A stretch of 51,960 nt of DNA from a virus. Lineage: Duplodnaviria > Caudoviricetes. The notes under the pieces are model-generated. The model saw only the letters and a program-made list of their open reading frames with translations. It was not told where the DNA came from and ran no database searches. This document shows positions 25,202 to 35,797 of the stretch, one piece after another. Location: IMG/VR virus record IMGVR_UViG_3300012943_000040, positions 1 to 51,960 of that record; one strand, given 5' to 3'. The first letter of the stretch is position 1, and each line of letters begins with the position of its first letter. The position numbers and the translations under genes are program-made.

Positions 25202-27763
25202 ATGGCCCGCGTAACCCCTACGCCGTACCTCACGGGGGCTACAGCTGGTTCGTGGACGGGAACCTCGATCACCGTAACCACACCGGCAACACCTGCGGGA
25301 GGATGGAAGACCACTGACTGTATCGTGGTCGTCTATCGAGGTAATGTCCAGGGAGCTAACCCAGCAGCTAACGCAAACTTCACTCGACGAGCTGAAGCTC
25401 ATACCAACAGTGCTGACGCTCGTACTCGAGGTATTTATGCTCACATGGTCACCTCAGGCGAGGTTTCTGGTGGCGTAGCTTCAACTTTCTCCTTCACAGG
25501 TGCCTCTGGTACTCAGACTCGGGGTAGCTGGGTAGCTTTTGTTCTGCGTGATGTAGATCCGACTTCGCCTGGTGTAGGTGACTCGACAACGGGGTCGAAC
25601 CCATCAGGTACTACTGTCCGAACCTCGATTTCCAACGTTACGGCGATTCCTGCCTTGCTTATCTCGGCCTTTGGTAACGAAGTTACCTCGCCGAACTCGA
25701 GCATTCCGACTACAATCCCCTCGGGCTTCACTGTAATCGCCAACAACAACAACCTTCTGGATGTCAATAGTACTACGGGTACTCGCACAACCCTTTGGGT
25801 CGGATACAAGGCGGCTTCAGCAACTGGCGCAACAGGTAACATTGACCTGACATGGGCGAGCCTATCGGGTAACTGGACTGCTACGGCAGCATTCTATGGA
25901 GCTGATGTTCCTGGGCAGGGTTCAGCTTCTGGAAGCTATAACTTCGCTGATGGTTCAGTAACAGGTAAGAGGGTTCCCAAGGGTACTGCCTCTGGCAGCT
26001 ACGAGTTCTCAGGTACGGCAGTTGGTAAGCGGACTCCTAAGGGCTCAGCATCTGGTAGTTATGCATTCGCCGCATCTTCAGCTACTGGCGATGCCCCAGA
26101 TGCCCCCAGCATTCCTGCTGGTACTGCTTCTGGTAGTTATGCATTTGCTGCCTCTGGCATCATGGGAAAGCGCACCCCAAAGGGCTCAGGTAGCGGAGGG
26201 TATGACTTTGCCGGTACAGCTACTGGTAAGCGCACACCTAAGGGTACCGCATCCGGAAGCTATAGCTTTACTGGAACGGCGACCGGTAATGCCAAGCCTA
26301 AGGGTACGGCAAGTGGAAGCTATGCGTTCGCCGGGTCTAATGCTACCGGCAAGCGAGTCCCTAAGGGTTCTGGTTCTGGAGGGTTTGCTTTCGCTGCCTC
26401 CGGTATTACCGGCAAGCGGACGCCTAAAGGTAGTGGCTCGGGAGGCTATGCGTTTGCGGGGACTGCAGTTGGTGAAAAACCAGAAGTACCAGGTTTCCCA
26501 TCCGTAGCAGCTGTTCTTGCTCAGCTCGGCGGTGCAACGATGGGTCACCGAGACCTGGGCGTACCTGACGCTTGTCAGGTTGCATACCAACAGATGGTTG
26601 ATCTTGGCCACGGCATTCTTGAGTTCTCATGTGGGTTTACGAGTGATAACGTACCCTTTGCTCTTGGGCAGCAGTACCTAGATACTCAGAGCCAGATCAC
26701 GGGCAATGTTGATCCTAAGACGATGACCTGGGCTTATTTATCCTCTCATTATCAGATTACATTGAATGCTGGCGGAAACCCCCAGCCTTACTACAAGCTC
26801 GAGGATGCAGTTCAAGACTTCCCGAACCATGTCTTTGCCGTAGACTTTAAATATGGCATCCTCGATATCTCACGGTATGCTAATGCCATGATGGATATCC
26901 TGGATGACTATGGTGGACCGAACCGGTTCATCATTAAGTTCGATTCGCCGGGGGCCACGGCATACGCTGACCTCGCTCGCTCGCGGGGATATAAGACAAT
27001 GAATTACTGGGGTACTGATACCTCAGCTATGGCTTCGGAACAGTCTCACTGGGATATCATTGGCGCAAGGTTCGATAACTCGACGGCTATGGCTCAGGCT
27101 AACACATATGGCAAGCCGGTGTGGGCATTCCCCATTGACTCTCAGGCGAACTACACGACGGCGATCTCCAACGGTGCTGACTTGGTCATGGTTCGGAGTT
27201 CGAGTGTTGCAGTTGTACCCTGGGCTGGTATTCCCGCCGGCGAGGCAACTGGTAGTTACACCTTTGCTGGTACCGCAGTAGGTAAGAGAACACCAAAGGG
27301 GTCAGCCTCAGGCGGATATGCGTTCGCGGGTACGTCGACAGGGAAACGCACGCCTAAGGGCTCCTGTTCAGGAGACTATGTCTTCTCAGGCACAGCTTCT
27401 GGCTTTAGTCCCATAGTTGGGGGTAAGTTCGGTCAAGGTTCGGGTGGTTATAACTTCGCCGGTGTTGCCATAGGTAAGCGAACCCCGAAAGCCGCCATTA
27501 CCTCAAGTTACGACTTTGCCGGTATCGCTGTAGGCAGCAAGGCACAAGGGGGAACAGCTTCAGGGGCATACACCTTTGCAACTACTTCCGTAACTGGTAA
27601 GAAAGTAACTCAAGGCTCAGCATCTGGAGGATATGCTTTCTCCGGGACTGCAGTGGGTAGTGCACCGCCAATTGGGGGAGATCAGCCTTTCCGACTCGGC
27701 GATGATATCGTAGTCTTGAAACTTGGCGATGTCTCATTCCACATGGAGGTAGGCGATGGATAG
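25202..27763 (+). CDS. fibre-like protein with ~20-aa GxASGxYxFxGxxxGKRxPK repeats and an inserted glycerophosphodiesterase-like domain
   Basis: repeats read directly; MGHR...GILEF...TSDNVP resembles a GDPD N-terminus. Confidence 0.6.
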   Translation: MARVTPTPYLTGATAGSWTGTSITVTTPATPAGGWKTTDCIVVVYRGNVQGANPAANANFTRRAEAHTNSADARTRGIYAHMVTSGEVSGGVASTFSFTGASGTQTRGSWVAFVLRDVDPTSPGVGDSTTGSNPSGTTVRTSISNVTAIPALLISAFGNEVTSPNSSIPTTIPSGFTVIANNNNLLDVNSTTGTRTTLWVGYKAASATGATGNIDLTWASLSGNWTATAAFYGADVPGQGSASGSYNFADGSVTGKRVPKGTASGSYEFSGTAVGKRTPKGSASGSYAFAASSATGDAPDAPSIPAGTASGSYAFAASGIMGKRTPKGSGSGGYDFAGTATGKRTPKGTASGSYSFTGTATGNAKPKGTASGSYAFAGSNATGKRVPKGSGSGGFAFAASGITGKRTPKGSGSGGYAFAGTAVGEKPEVPGFPSVAAVLAQLGGATMGHRDLGVPDACQVAYQQMVDLGHGILEFSCGFTSDNVPFALGQQYLDTQSQITGNVDPKTMTWAYLSSHYQITLNAGGNPQPYYKLEDAVQDFPNHVFAVDFKYGILDISRYANAMMDILDDYGGPNRFIIKFDSPGATAYADLARSRGYKTMNYWGTDTSAMASEQSHWDIIGARFDNSTAMAQANTYGKPVWAFPIDSQANYTTAISNGADLVMVRSSSVAVVPWAGIPAGEATGSYTFAGTAVGKRTPKGSASGGYAFAGTSTGKRTPKGSCSGDYVFSGTASGFSPIVGGKFGQGSGGYNFAGVAIGKRTPKAAITSSYDFAGIAVGSKAQGGTASGAYTFATTSVTGKKVTQGSASGGYAFSGTAVGSAPPIGGDQPFRLGDDIVVLKLGDVSFHMEVGDG

Positions 27764-28046
27764 CAAATTACCAGACCGTTCGGAGTATGAAGGTGGCGGC
27801 GTCATGCCAAACACCGTCTTTCCCAAAGGTGCTGATGCTCTGACTGCGAGCGACAAGCTGCGGCTTCAGTCAATCACGGGGCAGGAAGAAGACTCGAGAG
27901 CGCCTGTCGATCCCTGGTTTTGGCAAGGCGGGGATTACTCATCGACCGCACTCGAAGGTGTGGAAGCTGATAGGCGTGCCCGTCAGGCCCGGAATTCCGA
28001 ACTTCGTCGGCAAGAGGCCGGGCGATATAGAGAATCTCGTGATTGA
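27756..28046 (+). CDS. hypothetical protein
   Basis: SD GGAGG; overlapping start. Confidence 0.55.
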   Translation: MDSKLPDRSEYEGGGVMPNTVFPKGADALTASDKLRLQSITGQEEDSRAPVDPWFWQGGDYSSTALEGVEADRRARQARNSELRRQEAGRYRESRD

Positions 28047-28156
28047 TCGACGCACCAATCATCATATAGCATGACCTCAGGAATGATAGGATCGCTTCCT
28101 AATCGCTTAACGCATCGCGCATGATCGATTGCTCGGTCGCACATTGAGGAGTCACC

Positions 28157-29551
28157 ATGACCGTTCTTCCGGAAGGCAAAGTCTTCCGCAAGGATGTGTA
28201 TTTCCAAAAGACCGGCTATTCTCCACACGACGGTCAGCGATGGGTGCATTATGATAACACTCGTCACCGGGTTCTCAGCAATGGGCGACGATGGGGTAAG
28301 TCATTCTTCGGTGGCAAGGAGATTGAGTGCATGGCGTTCATGAGGAACTTCCTCGGTGAGCCCATGCGCGGTTGGATCATTGGACCAGAATACACTGATG
28401 CTGAGAAGGAATTCCGCATCATCTACAACACATTCAAGTCATTGGACATCGACAAAGTTTCAACCAAGTTCTTGGCCAATGTTGAGAATGGCAATATGCA
28501 TATTGCTACCAAGTGGGGCTTTGATCTTCAGTGCAGGTCTGCACGACACCCAGAAAGCCTAGTCGGTGAAGGTCTTGACTTTGTGCTACTGGCCGAAGCG
28601 GGGCGACACCGACGTTTCACGTTCACAGAGTATGTCCGTCCGGCGCTCTCAGATAAGCGCGGTATCTCAATGATGAGCGGAGTGCCTGAGGACGCTAACG
28701 ATACCAACCTCCTTTACTGGGGTTATACTCGAGGGCAGGATCCTCGATTTACTCAGTGGAAGTCTTGGCAGCTTCCCTCTTGGACTAATAACGTAGTTTT
28801 CCCGGGTGGTCGTGATGACCCGGAAATTGTCGAGGCTCGCGAGGATCTGACTCAGGATGAGTTTGATCGCCAATATGGTGGCCAGTTCATCATGCGCCGG
28901 GGTCGAGTTATGAAGGAATGGGACGACGACCTTCACGTCCGTAACCTTGAGTATCGATATGACTGGCCCCTCTTCGCTGCTGTCGACTTTGGTTACACCA
29001 ATGACTGGGTTTGGCTTCTAATCCAGATCGATCCCATGACTCACAATGTCTATGTGATTCGGGAGCGACGCTTTAAGCTTCGTGATACTGAGGACATTGC
29101 CAAGAATGAGCTTCTGCCTGATGTACTGACGCATAAGGTACAAGCAATCTACGTCGATCCCTCAAGTCCAGATGATGCCTCGATTCTGCGCCGGCATCTT
29201 CGACTTCCCACACGAAGCAATACTGGCGGAGAAATCAAGGTTCGCCTTGAGCTTATTCGTTCCGCTCTAAAGACTAGGCCTGAGTCACTACCTGAGGATC
29301 ACCCAGAGCGGGTACCTGGGCTTGTAGTTGATGAGTCTTGTACTCAGCTTATTTGGGAGATGCGAGAGGGTTACCGCTGGCCCGATAGTCACAGCGACTC
29401 TAAGAACGCTAGTGAAATTCCGCAAGATGTAGATAACCATGGACCTGAGGCACTGGGACGGTTCTTCAAGGGACACATGGAGCCATTCTCTTCCGCTGGT
29501 AGGCATGCGCGCCAGGGCAGGGTTCGTACAGCTAGGAGGCGCGCAGCATGA
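28157..29551 (+). CDS. terL: terminase large subunit
   Basis: Walker A GRRWGKS; GEGLDFVLLAEAG; nuclease AVDFGY...YVDPS...DNHGPEAL. Confidence 0.92.
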   Translation: MTVLPEGKVFRKDVYFQKTGYSPHDGQRWVHYDNTRHRVLSNGRRWGKSFFGGKEIECMAFMRNFLGEPMRGWIIGPEYTDAEKEFRIIYNTFKSLDIDKVSTKFLANVENGNMHIATKWGFDLQCRSARHPESLVGEGLDFVLLAEAGRHRRFTFTEYVRPALSDKRGISMMSGVPEDANDTNLLYWGYTRGQDPRFTQWKSWQLPSWTNNVVFPGGRDDPEIVEAREDLTQDEFDRQYGGQFIMRRGRVMKEWDDDLHVRNLEYRYDWPLFAAVDFGYTNDWVWLLIQIDPMTHNVYVIRERRFKLRDTEDIAKNELLPDVLTHKVQAIYVDPSSPDDASILRRHLRLPTRSNTGGEIKVRLELIRSALKTRPESLPEDHPERVPGLVVDESCTQLIWEMREGYRWPDSHSDSKNASEIPQDVDNHGPEALGRFFKGHMEPFSSAGRHARQGRVRTARRRAA

Positions 29552-31137
29552 GCGAACTGGACTACAACCAGTGGTCCACGGTCAATGCATTCGTGGGAGC
29601 AAGTGATCGGCCGACCTGGATTCCCGAAGAGGATCGGCTTCGTATCGCGGCGTACACCAAGTACGACCAGATGTACTGGAATGACCCGAAGCAATATGCT
29701 CTGCGCGTGCTCGAGGGAGAGCAGCCTCTGTATATTCCCAATGCTCGAGTAGTTGTCGATACAACTGCTTACTACCTGATGAAAGGTCTTGAGCTAGTAG
29801 TTCAAGAGGGGAACGACAAGGATAAGGAAGTACTTGATAACTTCCTGAAGCGCGAGGTCTTCTACTCACGATTCAACACAGCTAAGACGACGGGTGTTGC
29901 TCGAGGCGACTGGGTCTTCCATATGACCGCGAACCCCATGAAGACTCAGGGTACTCGCATTGCGTTGAAGCCCGTTGATCCCAGTATGGTCTTTCCCATT
30001 TACGACATTGACGAGCCGGATAAGATGATTGGCTGTCACATTGCAGTTCAGTACTGGCTTCCTGAAGAACCCGATAAGACTCGTGCGCGAGTACTAACAT
30101 ACAAGCTTGAGGAGAATGGCGAGACTCGTCGCGTTAGTCGCCAGGAGATTATTTATGAACTTGAACCAAAGTGGTATGGCTCTGAAGCTAAGGCTGTTCA
30201 GCAAGTCATTCCGTTTGGTTACCTAGACCCGCGCATCACTGCGATCCCCGTATACTGGTTCAAGAACAAGAGTTGGGACGGCGAGGACTTCGGAAGTTCC
30301 GAACTTCGTGGTCTTGAGACAATCCTCCAGACTATTAGCCAAGGTGATACGGACGTCAGTGCTGCGCTGGCTCTTGAAGGACTCGGGGTTTATGCAACTG
30401 ATGGTGGTCGTCCCGTTGACGACTCTGGTTTAGAAACTGACTGGGAGGTTGCTCCTGGTCGAGTGATGGAAGTTCCTTCGGGTTCCTACTTCCGTCGAGT
30501 CGAAGGCGTTACATCCATTACCCCAGCAACTGACCAGATCGACTATCTCGAGCAGAAGATGAACGATGCTGCAGCTCTGAGCGATGTTGCTCTGGGTAAA
30601 GTCGATGCTCAGGTAGCACAAAGCGGTATCGCCCTTGCTATTCGATTCCAGCCTACTCTTGCTAAGATCGAACAGAGAGATCGAGCCTGCATCGATGTTC
30701 TCACGCAGATGTTTTACGACTGGAAGACCTGGCAAGCCGTCTTTGAGCAGACGACTATCACGGGTGATATCATTCCGGTAATCGGAGACAAGCTCCCGAC
30801 AGATCGCACCGCAATGGTGAACGAACTCAATAACATGAAGGACCGCGGCATTATCCCAGATCAGTACTACCGGGATCAGATGGAAAAGCTCGGGTATAAG
30901 TTCCCGAAGGATATCCAGAAGCAGCTCGACGCCGAACAAGAACGCAAGGTCGAGAATGCCCGCGCCGCATTCCTCGCTACTGCACCGAATGGGGCAGGAA
31001 ACGGGGTCTCAGATTCCTCCGGTACAAAGAATAAGGATGAGACATCCTCCAAAGCCGGGGACACGCTACCTTCCAGTGGGAATGGTAGCAACAACGCAAA
31101 GAAACCGAATGAAAGTTCGGGGACTGAAGCAAAATGA
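29548..31137 (+). CDS. portal protein
   Basis: follows TerL; 529 aa; FGSSEL and QSGIALAIRFQP motifs. Confidence 0.85.
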   Translation: MSELDYNQWSTVNAFVGASDRPTWIPEEDRLRIAAYTKYDQMYWNDPKQYALRVLEGEQPLYIPNARVVVDTTAYYLMKGLELVVQEGNDKDKEVLDNFLKREVFYSRFNTAKTTGVARGDWVFHMTANPMKTQGTRIALKPVDPSMVFPIYDIDEPDKMIGCHIAVQYWLPEEPDKTRARVLTYKLEENGETRRVSRQEIIYELEPKWYGSEAKAVQQVIPFGYLDPRITAIPVYWFKNKSWDGEDFGSSELRGLETILQTISQGDTDVSAALALEGLGVYATDGGRPVDDSGLETDWEVAPGRVMEVPSGSYFRRVEGVTSITPATDQIDYLEQKMNDAAALSDVALGKVDAQVAQSGIALAIRFQPTLAKIEQRDRACIDVLTQMFYDWKTWQAVFEQTTITGDIIPVIGDKLPTDRTAMVNELNNMKDRGIIPDQYYRDQMEKLGYKFPKDIQKQLDAEQERKVENARAAFLATAPNGAGNGVSDSSGTKNKDETSSKAGDTLPSSGNGSNNAKKPNESSGTEAK

Positions 31138-31165
31138 TACGCGAGATGCGTAGAAAGGCATTACC

Positions 31166-31861
31166 ATGAAGAAAGGTACTCTCGACCTTCAGCTACTGGA
31201 GGAGCTGCTTCCGGCAGTCATCTTCGGTGCTGAGGGCGATGACGACGGGAGTCCGGGTGACGGCGAGTCAGGCGACGACGGCGATGCGGGAAGCTCTGCC
31301 GACGACGATAATGACGACGATGGTCAGAACGACGACGACGACGAAAAGAACAAGGATACTGATGGTCTGAAGTCCGCACTCCGTAAGGAGAGGGCTCGCG
31401 CCAATGCCGCCGAGAAGGCGCTCAAGGCAAAGACCAAGGCTGAAGAGGAAGCCAAGCTCGCTGAGAAGACAGAAATTGAGCAGGCGCAGACTCGGGAGCA
31501 GCAGGCAAAGGATCGAGCTGAGAAGCTCGCCACTGGATTGCTTCAGAGAGACCTCAACGATGCCATCCGCCAGGCGGCCAGGGATCTGAACTTTATCGAC
31601 GTTGACGATGCCGTGCAGGGTGTGGACCGCAGTTCGCTGGTCTGGACCCAGGACGACGATGACCCGACAGACATCGTGATCGACACCAAGTCGGTGGAGC
31701 GCGAAGTCAAGAAGCTCGCTACTAAGAAGTCTCACTTCATCAGGTCTGGCACCGACGACGGTGAGCCTACGGGTTCTCAGTTCGGTGGTAGCAAGAAGAA
31801 GAAGACCACCCAGGATGATGAACTCAAGAAGAAGTATCCTGCTCTTCGTGGTACCGCTTAA
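31166..31861 (+). CDS. capsid scaffolding protein
   Basis: acidic N-terminus; coiled coil LKSALRKER...EKTEIEQ; position before capsid genes. Confidence 0.75.
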   Translation: MKKGTLDLQLLEELLPAVIFGAEGDDDGSPGDGESGDDGDAGSSADDDNDDDGQNDDDDEKNKDTDGLKSALRKERARANAAEKALKAKTKAEEEAKLAEKTEIEQAQTREQQAKDRAEKLATGLLQRDLNDAIRQAARDLNFIDVDDAVQGVDRSSLVWTQDDDDPTDIVIDTKSVEREVKKLATKKSHFIRSGTDDGEPTGSQFGGSKKKKTTQDDELKKKYPALRGTA

Positions 31862-31896
31862 CCTCTCATCCATTCCACACCAGGAAGGCCAAAGAA

Positions 31897-32358
31897 ATGG
31901 CACGGTACGACAAGTACGAGCCTATCGCCGGTGGCTTCCGCGCACGCCTCAACGCTGCGCTGACGCTCACTGCCGGTAGCATCGGACCCGTCGCGGTGTC
32001 GCTCAATGGCACTGGCAAGGTGGTCGTGGGTACGGCAGGCCAGTCGGGTCTCGTCGGCATTCTCGTGAAGAATGTCGCCAAGGGCCCCGTCGGACCGTGG
32101 GGCACTAGCCTCAACGGTGGCACGCCGAACGCTTACGCCCCAGTCGGTGCTCAGGCAGGCGACGTCGTCGACATCATGACCAACGGAGAGATCGTCGATC
32201 TTGACCCCGCGGTCTTCGTTGCTGGAACGCGTTGGTACGCCAATGCTGACGGCACGCTGACTGACACCGCCGGTGCCGGTGACATCGCTATCGGTTGGAC
32301 GGTAGAAGCGGGACGACTCGTCGTCCGGGTCGCTGCTGCCGGCGTGATCGAGGAATAA
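31897..32358 (+). CDS. capsid decoration/cement protein
   Basis: 153 aa G/A/V-rich, between scaffold and major capsid gene. Confidence 0.6.
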   Translation: MARYDKYEPIAGGFRARLNAALTLTAGSIGPVAVSLNGTGKVVVGTAGQSGLVGILVKNVAKGPVGPWGTSLNGGTPNAYAPVGAQAGDVVDIMTNGEIVDLDPAVFVAGTRWYANADGTLTDTAGAGDIAIGWTVEAGRLVVRVAAAGVIEE

Positions 32359-32371
32359 GGGAGATCAGGAA

Positions 32372-33544
32372 ATGGCAAACGCAGTTTCCGCTCAGCAGCT
32401 GATGGCATGGCTGCTGGACGACAGCCCCACTGACCTTCACATCTTCGGTCAGGAACAGGGATTCAATGAGCGGGCCGATGTCGTTCAGGCGGCGGATGGC
32501 ACCGACCTCAACGATTTCTGGAACGAGGTGCAGGAGACGATCCGACTTCGGAACGTCGACCGCTCCAGCCTCATCGATCAGCTCATCTTCCGGGTGACGG
32601 GCCTCTCCGAGGAAGTCCAGCCCCCGAGCGAGGTCGAGTTCGAAGAGGCTTCTGAGTATGGCCAGCCGGTCGGTATTCGTGGGACTGCCACTCGGCTGTT
32701 CCGCGGGTACGACTTCAAGTTCTACGACCTGGCAGTCCGGTACACCTGGATGTTCATCGCCGAAGCCGACCGTCAGCAGCTCGAGCTCCACAACAACATG
32801 GCTCTCGAGGCCGACATCAAGCTGACGTTCAAGAAGGTCATGCAGCGACTCTTCAACCCCCTGAACTCCAACGGGTTCACGGACAAGAACGAGCCGGTCA
32901 CGGTCTTCGCTGCCTACAACGCGGATGGGGAGGTGCCCCCGACGTACAAGCAGAACACGTTCTCGGGCTCGCACAACCACTACCTCGTCTCGGGCAACAC
33001 GGCCGTCACGCCGACGAACGTCAAGGCTCTCCAGACCGCGCTCGAGGAGCACGGCTATGTCATTCAGCGGGGCTACAAGCTGGTCCTCTGGGTGAACAAG
33101 GTCGAGGCGGACCTGATTAAGCAGTTCCGACTGGGTACGGCATCGGCGGAGTTCGACTTCGTTCCGAACCCGGCTCTGTACAACGGCAAGGTCTGGGTCC
33201 CGAACAACGGCTCGTACATCGGAGGCCCCGAGGGGGTTGTCCCGGGTGAGATCGGTACTTATGGACCGTTCCATGTGGTCCAGGAGGACTACATCCCGGC
33301 CGGCTACCTGGTCGCCGTTGCAACGGGCGGTGCCGACAACATCTCGAACCCGGTGGGCCTTCGTGAGCACACGAACCCGGCCTATCGTGGACTCAAGGTG
33401 ATCCCCGGTCAGCGGAGCGACTACCCGCTGATCGATTCCTTCTACCGCCGAGGCCTCGGTACGGGTATCCGCCACCGCGGTGCTCTTGCCATCATGCAGG
33501 TGAAGGCATCCGGCAACTACGCGGTGCCCGCGGCATACGCGTAA
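32372..33544 (+). CDS. major capsid protein
   Basis: 390 aa; strongly GC3-biased; synteny; followed by terminator. Confidence 0.85.
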   Translation: MANAVSAQQLMAWLLDDSPTDLHIFGQEQGFNERADVVQAADGTDLNDFWNEVQETIRLRNVDRSSLIDQLIFRVTGLSEEVQPPSEVEFEEASEYGQPVGIRGTATRLFRGYDFKFYDLAVRYTWMFIAEADRQQLELHNNMALEADIKLTFKKVMQRLFNPLNSNGFTDKNEPVTVFAAYNADGEVPPTYKQNTFSGSHNHYLVSGNTAVTPTNVKALQTALEEHGYVIQRGYKLVLWVNKVEADLIKQFRLGTASAEFDFVPNPALYNGKVWVPNNGSYIGGPEGVVPGEIGTYGPFHVVQEDYIPAGYLVAVATGGADNISNPVGLREHTNPAYRGLKVIPGQRSDYPLIDSFYRRGLGTGIRHRGALAIMQVKASGNYAVPAAYA

Positions 33545-33551
33545 ACCGCAC

Positions 33552-33584
33552 TGGGGGGTCTGGGTTAGTCGCCTGGGCCCCCCA
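33552..33584 (+). terminator. hairpin after major capsid gene
   Basis: TGGGGGGTCTGGG/CCTGGGCCCCCCA. Confidence 0.6.
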
Positions 33585-33616
33585 CACCCGTCCGCCATTC
33601 AACTTAGGAGAAGAAC

Positions 33617-34012
33617 ATGGCAACCGAACCTGAAGCTGGCGACGAGATCGTCACCTTCGAAGATGCTGACGGCAACGAGATTTCCAACGACCCCCGCTGG
33701 CATGCCAAGCAGGTCATGGCTGCGACTGGAGTCAATGTCGACGATCTTCAGGCACAGATCGCCAAGCTGACCGCAGAGCGAGACGCCGCACTTGATGCAG
33801 CGCACACCTCAGGGTCGCAGGCTGGCGATGCCGGAGACGCGTCAAGCGACGATGACGACAAGACCTCCGATGATGGCGACGAGTACGACGCGCTCAATGG
33901 TGCCGACCTCAAGAAGCTCGCGGGTGATCGAGGTGTGGATATCGCTGGCATGAAGAAGGTCGGCGAGGTTCGTGAGGCCCTCCGCGCGGCCGATAAGGCT
34001 GCGGCTGAGTAA
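33617..34012 (+). CDS. hypothetical protein with C-terminal HeH/Rho-N-like domain
   Basis: YDALNGADLKKLAGDRGVDIAGMKKVGEVREALRAAD. Confidence 0.6.
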   Translation: MATEPEAGDEIVTFEDADGNEISNDPRWHAKQVMAATGVNVDDLQAQIAKLTAERDAALDAAHTSGSQAGDAGDASSDDDDKTSDDGDEYDALNGADLKKLAGDRGVDIAGMKKVGEVREALRAADKAAAE

Positions 34013-34017
34013 TCTCC

Positions 34018-34329
34018 ATGGCCACCTACGCTGAAACGCAGCATGTTCGCCTTATGCTGGGTGAACCAACAGGAGACGATAGCCTGTTCAGCGATGAAAC
34101 TATTAACGGGTGGATCGATGCAGCAGCTAACCTGGATGCTGCGATTCTTCAGGGATGGCGAGCTAAGGCAGCCCATTTCGCAAACCTGGTCAATGTGACT
34201 GATGGTGCGGCATCACGCGAGTTCAGCGATCTGCTGGATAATGCAGCAGCGATGGTTAAGCAATACACCTCGCTTGCTAGAGGCCCTGCTGCTGGCCGCA
34301 CACGAGTTGGGAAGATTGTACGCCAGTGA
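34018..34329 (+). CDS. head-to-tail adaptor
   Basis: VRLMLGE...LFSDETI motif; synteny. Confidence 0.7.
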   Translation: MATYAETQHVRLMLGEPTGDDSLFSDETINGWIDAAANLDAAILQGWRAKAAHFANLVNVTDGAASREFSDLLDNAAAMVKQYTSLARGPAAGRTRVGKIVRQ

Positions 34330-34718
34330 ACCCTATCGAGCTCAAGATGCGTCATAAGAACGTCAAGGCATTTATCGACGCAGATAACATTGAGCTGGTG
34401 TTGGTTCGGCCTGCAGAACCCGAGAAGACACTTGCGGGGGGATGGGTAACTGACTCGTCTCCTGAGCCCCTCCCCTCGCAAGTAGCACGCATTGTTCATA
34501 ATACCCGGCGGTACAAGAATGGCCTTGTCAACGCCGAAGCGGGCGATATCCCGAACACAGACTACCTCCTGATCTGCACAAACGATGTTGATATCCAAGT
34601 TAACGATACCTTTGTTTGGCGGGGGGATAACTACAGGATTACTGGCATCCACCCTTGGCGGATTGAATCCAAGCTCTGTTCCATGCTTTTCCTCGGACCG
34701 GATAACCGCGATGGCTAA
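34326..34718 (+). CDS. head-to-tail stopper
   Basis: DIQVNDTFVWRGDNYRITGI motif; synteny. Confidence 0.65.
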   Translation: MNPIELKMRHKNVKAFIDADNIELVLVRPAEPEKTLAGGWVTDSSPEPLPSQVARIVHNTRRYKNGLVNAEAGDIPNTDYLLICTNDVDIQVNDTFVWRGDNYRITGIHPWRIESKLCSMLFLGPDNRDG

Positions 34719-35079
34719 GAAATCAACTATGATTCTGCAAGATGGGATCATAGAGTGGTATGATGGCCCAGAGTGGGACGATGTAGCTGAAGAAGTATTT
34801 AGCGAACAGGCCACTCATGTTAAGGAATCTGCCCAGTCCGGGGCTATCTGGGAAGATCGTACTGGGGATGCTCGAGCAGGACTTGATACTTTAGTAGAGA
34901 ATGTTAATGGCGCAGTGACCCTTAGTCTCTTTCATACTGTAGACTATGGACAATGGCTTGAGACAATCCAGAATGGTCGTTTTGCCATCATCATGCGTAC
35001 CTTGGAAGAACAGGCTAATATCGTCTTCCGAGAAGCGGTAAAGAAGATTAGCTTGGCTAGGGAGGGGGATCGAGTATGA
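34711..35079 (+). CDS. HK97 gp10-like neck protein
   Basis: WEDRTGDARAGL...HTVDYGQWLE...GRFAII. Confidence 0.7.
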   Translation: MAKKSTMILQDGIIEWYDGPEWDDVAEEVFSEQATHVKESAQSGAIWEDRTGDARAGLDTLVENVNGAVTLSLFHTVDYGQWLETIQNGRFAIIMRTLEEQANIVFREAVKKISLAREGDRV

Positions 35080-35507
35080 CCGTTCGAACTTGGGTCTATA
35101 GTCAACTTACCACCTTCCCGGGCTTGATTGCTCTAATCGGTAATGATAATCCCCGTGTCTATGCTAAGAAGACAATGACGTCTTCAATAGAACATCATCC
35201 TTACTTAGTGTATAAGCTGGGTTTCAAGGCGAATGAGGATCTCGCCGAGAGTATGCCTGATGATAAGGATGTAGCTCGACAGTTCTTACAGGTCTGGGTT
35301 CACGATTTCACTGATGGTGATAAAGCGGACTACATGAAGATCGATGAAGTACTTAAGCAACTCAAGCTTGCATTACACCTCCAAAGTTCGCCGGAAGATG
35401 GTATCATCTTCTGTAAGTACATTGAGACAAGCCAAGACCTCAATGATGATACACTGAATACCGTGTTCAAATATATGCGGTTTCAGTTGACCACTAAGGA
35501 GACATAA
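35076..35507 (+). CDS. tail terminator
   Basis: PYLVY...LQVWVHD pattern; synteny. Confidence 0.65.
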   Translation: MTVRTWVYSQLTTFPGLIALIGNDNPRVYAKKTMTSSIEHHPYLVYKLGFKANEDLAESMPDDKDVARQFLQVWVHDFTDGDKADYMKIDEVLKQLKLALHLQSSPEDGIIFCKYIETSQDLNDDTLNTVFKYMRFQLTTKET

Positions 35508-35797
35508 TGGCACACGTGAAGTACACGGGTCGAGATGACCTGCGCGTCCTCGCAGCTAACGACCTGAAGAAGGCTGGTGTGGAGGGATTCCGAAGCACCG
35601 AGTTCGCTCAGGGAGTGGCTATCGAGGTGGATGCCGAGGTTGCTAAGGCCCTCCTCGACGAGGAGAACGAAGCAATCTTCGGTAAGTTCGAAGATGCTGG
35701 AGCTGATGTCAAGGCTGCCGATAAGGTTGCCAAGGCAGAAGCAAAGGCAGCAAAGAACGAAGCGGCGCCCGACGAGAAGTCGGCCGGCGGCGAGTAA
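35507..35797 (+). CDS. hypothetical protein
   Basis: SD AAGGAG; TAATG coupling. Confidence 0.65.
   Translation: MAHVKYTGRDDLRVLAANDLKKAGVEGFRSTEFAQGVAIEVDAEVAKALLDEENEAIFGKFEDAGADVKAADKVAKAEAKAAKNEAAPDEKSAGGE

Noticed and set aside
32288-33598. 436-aa minus-strand ORF (similarly 258-875, 1689-2333, 31268-31903, 47753-48451)
   Set aside because: Antisense shadows of highly GC3-biased real genes
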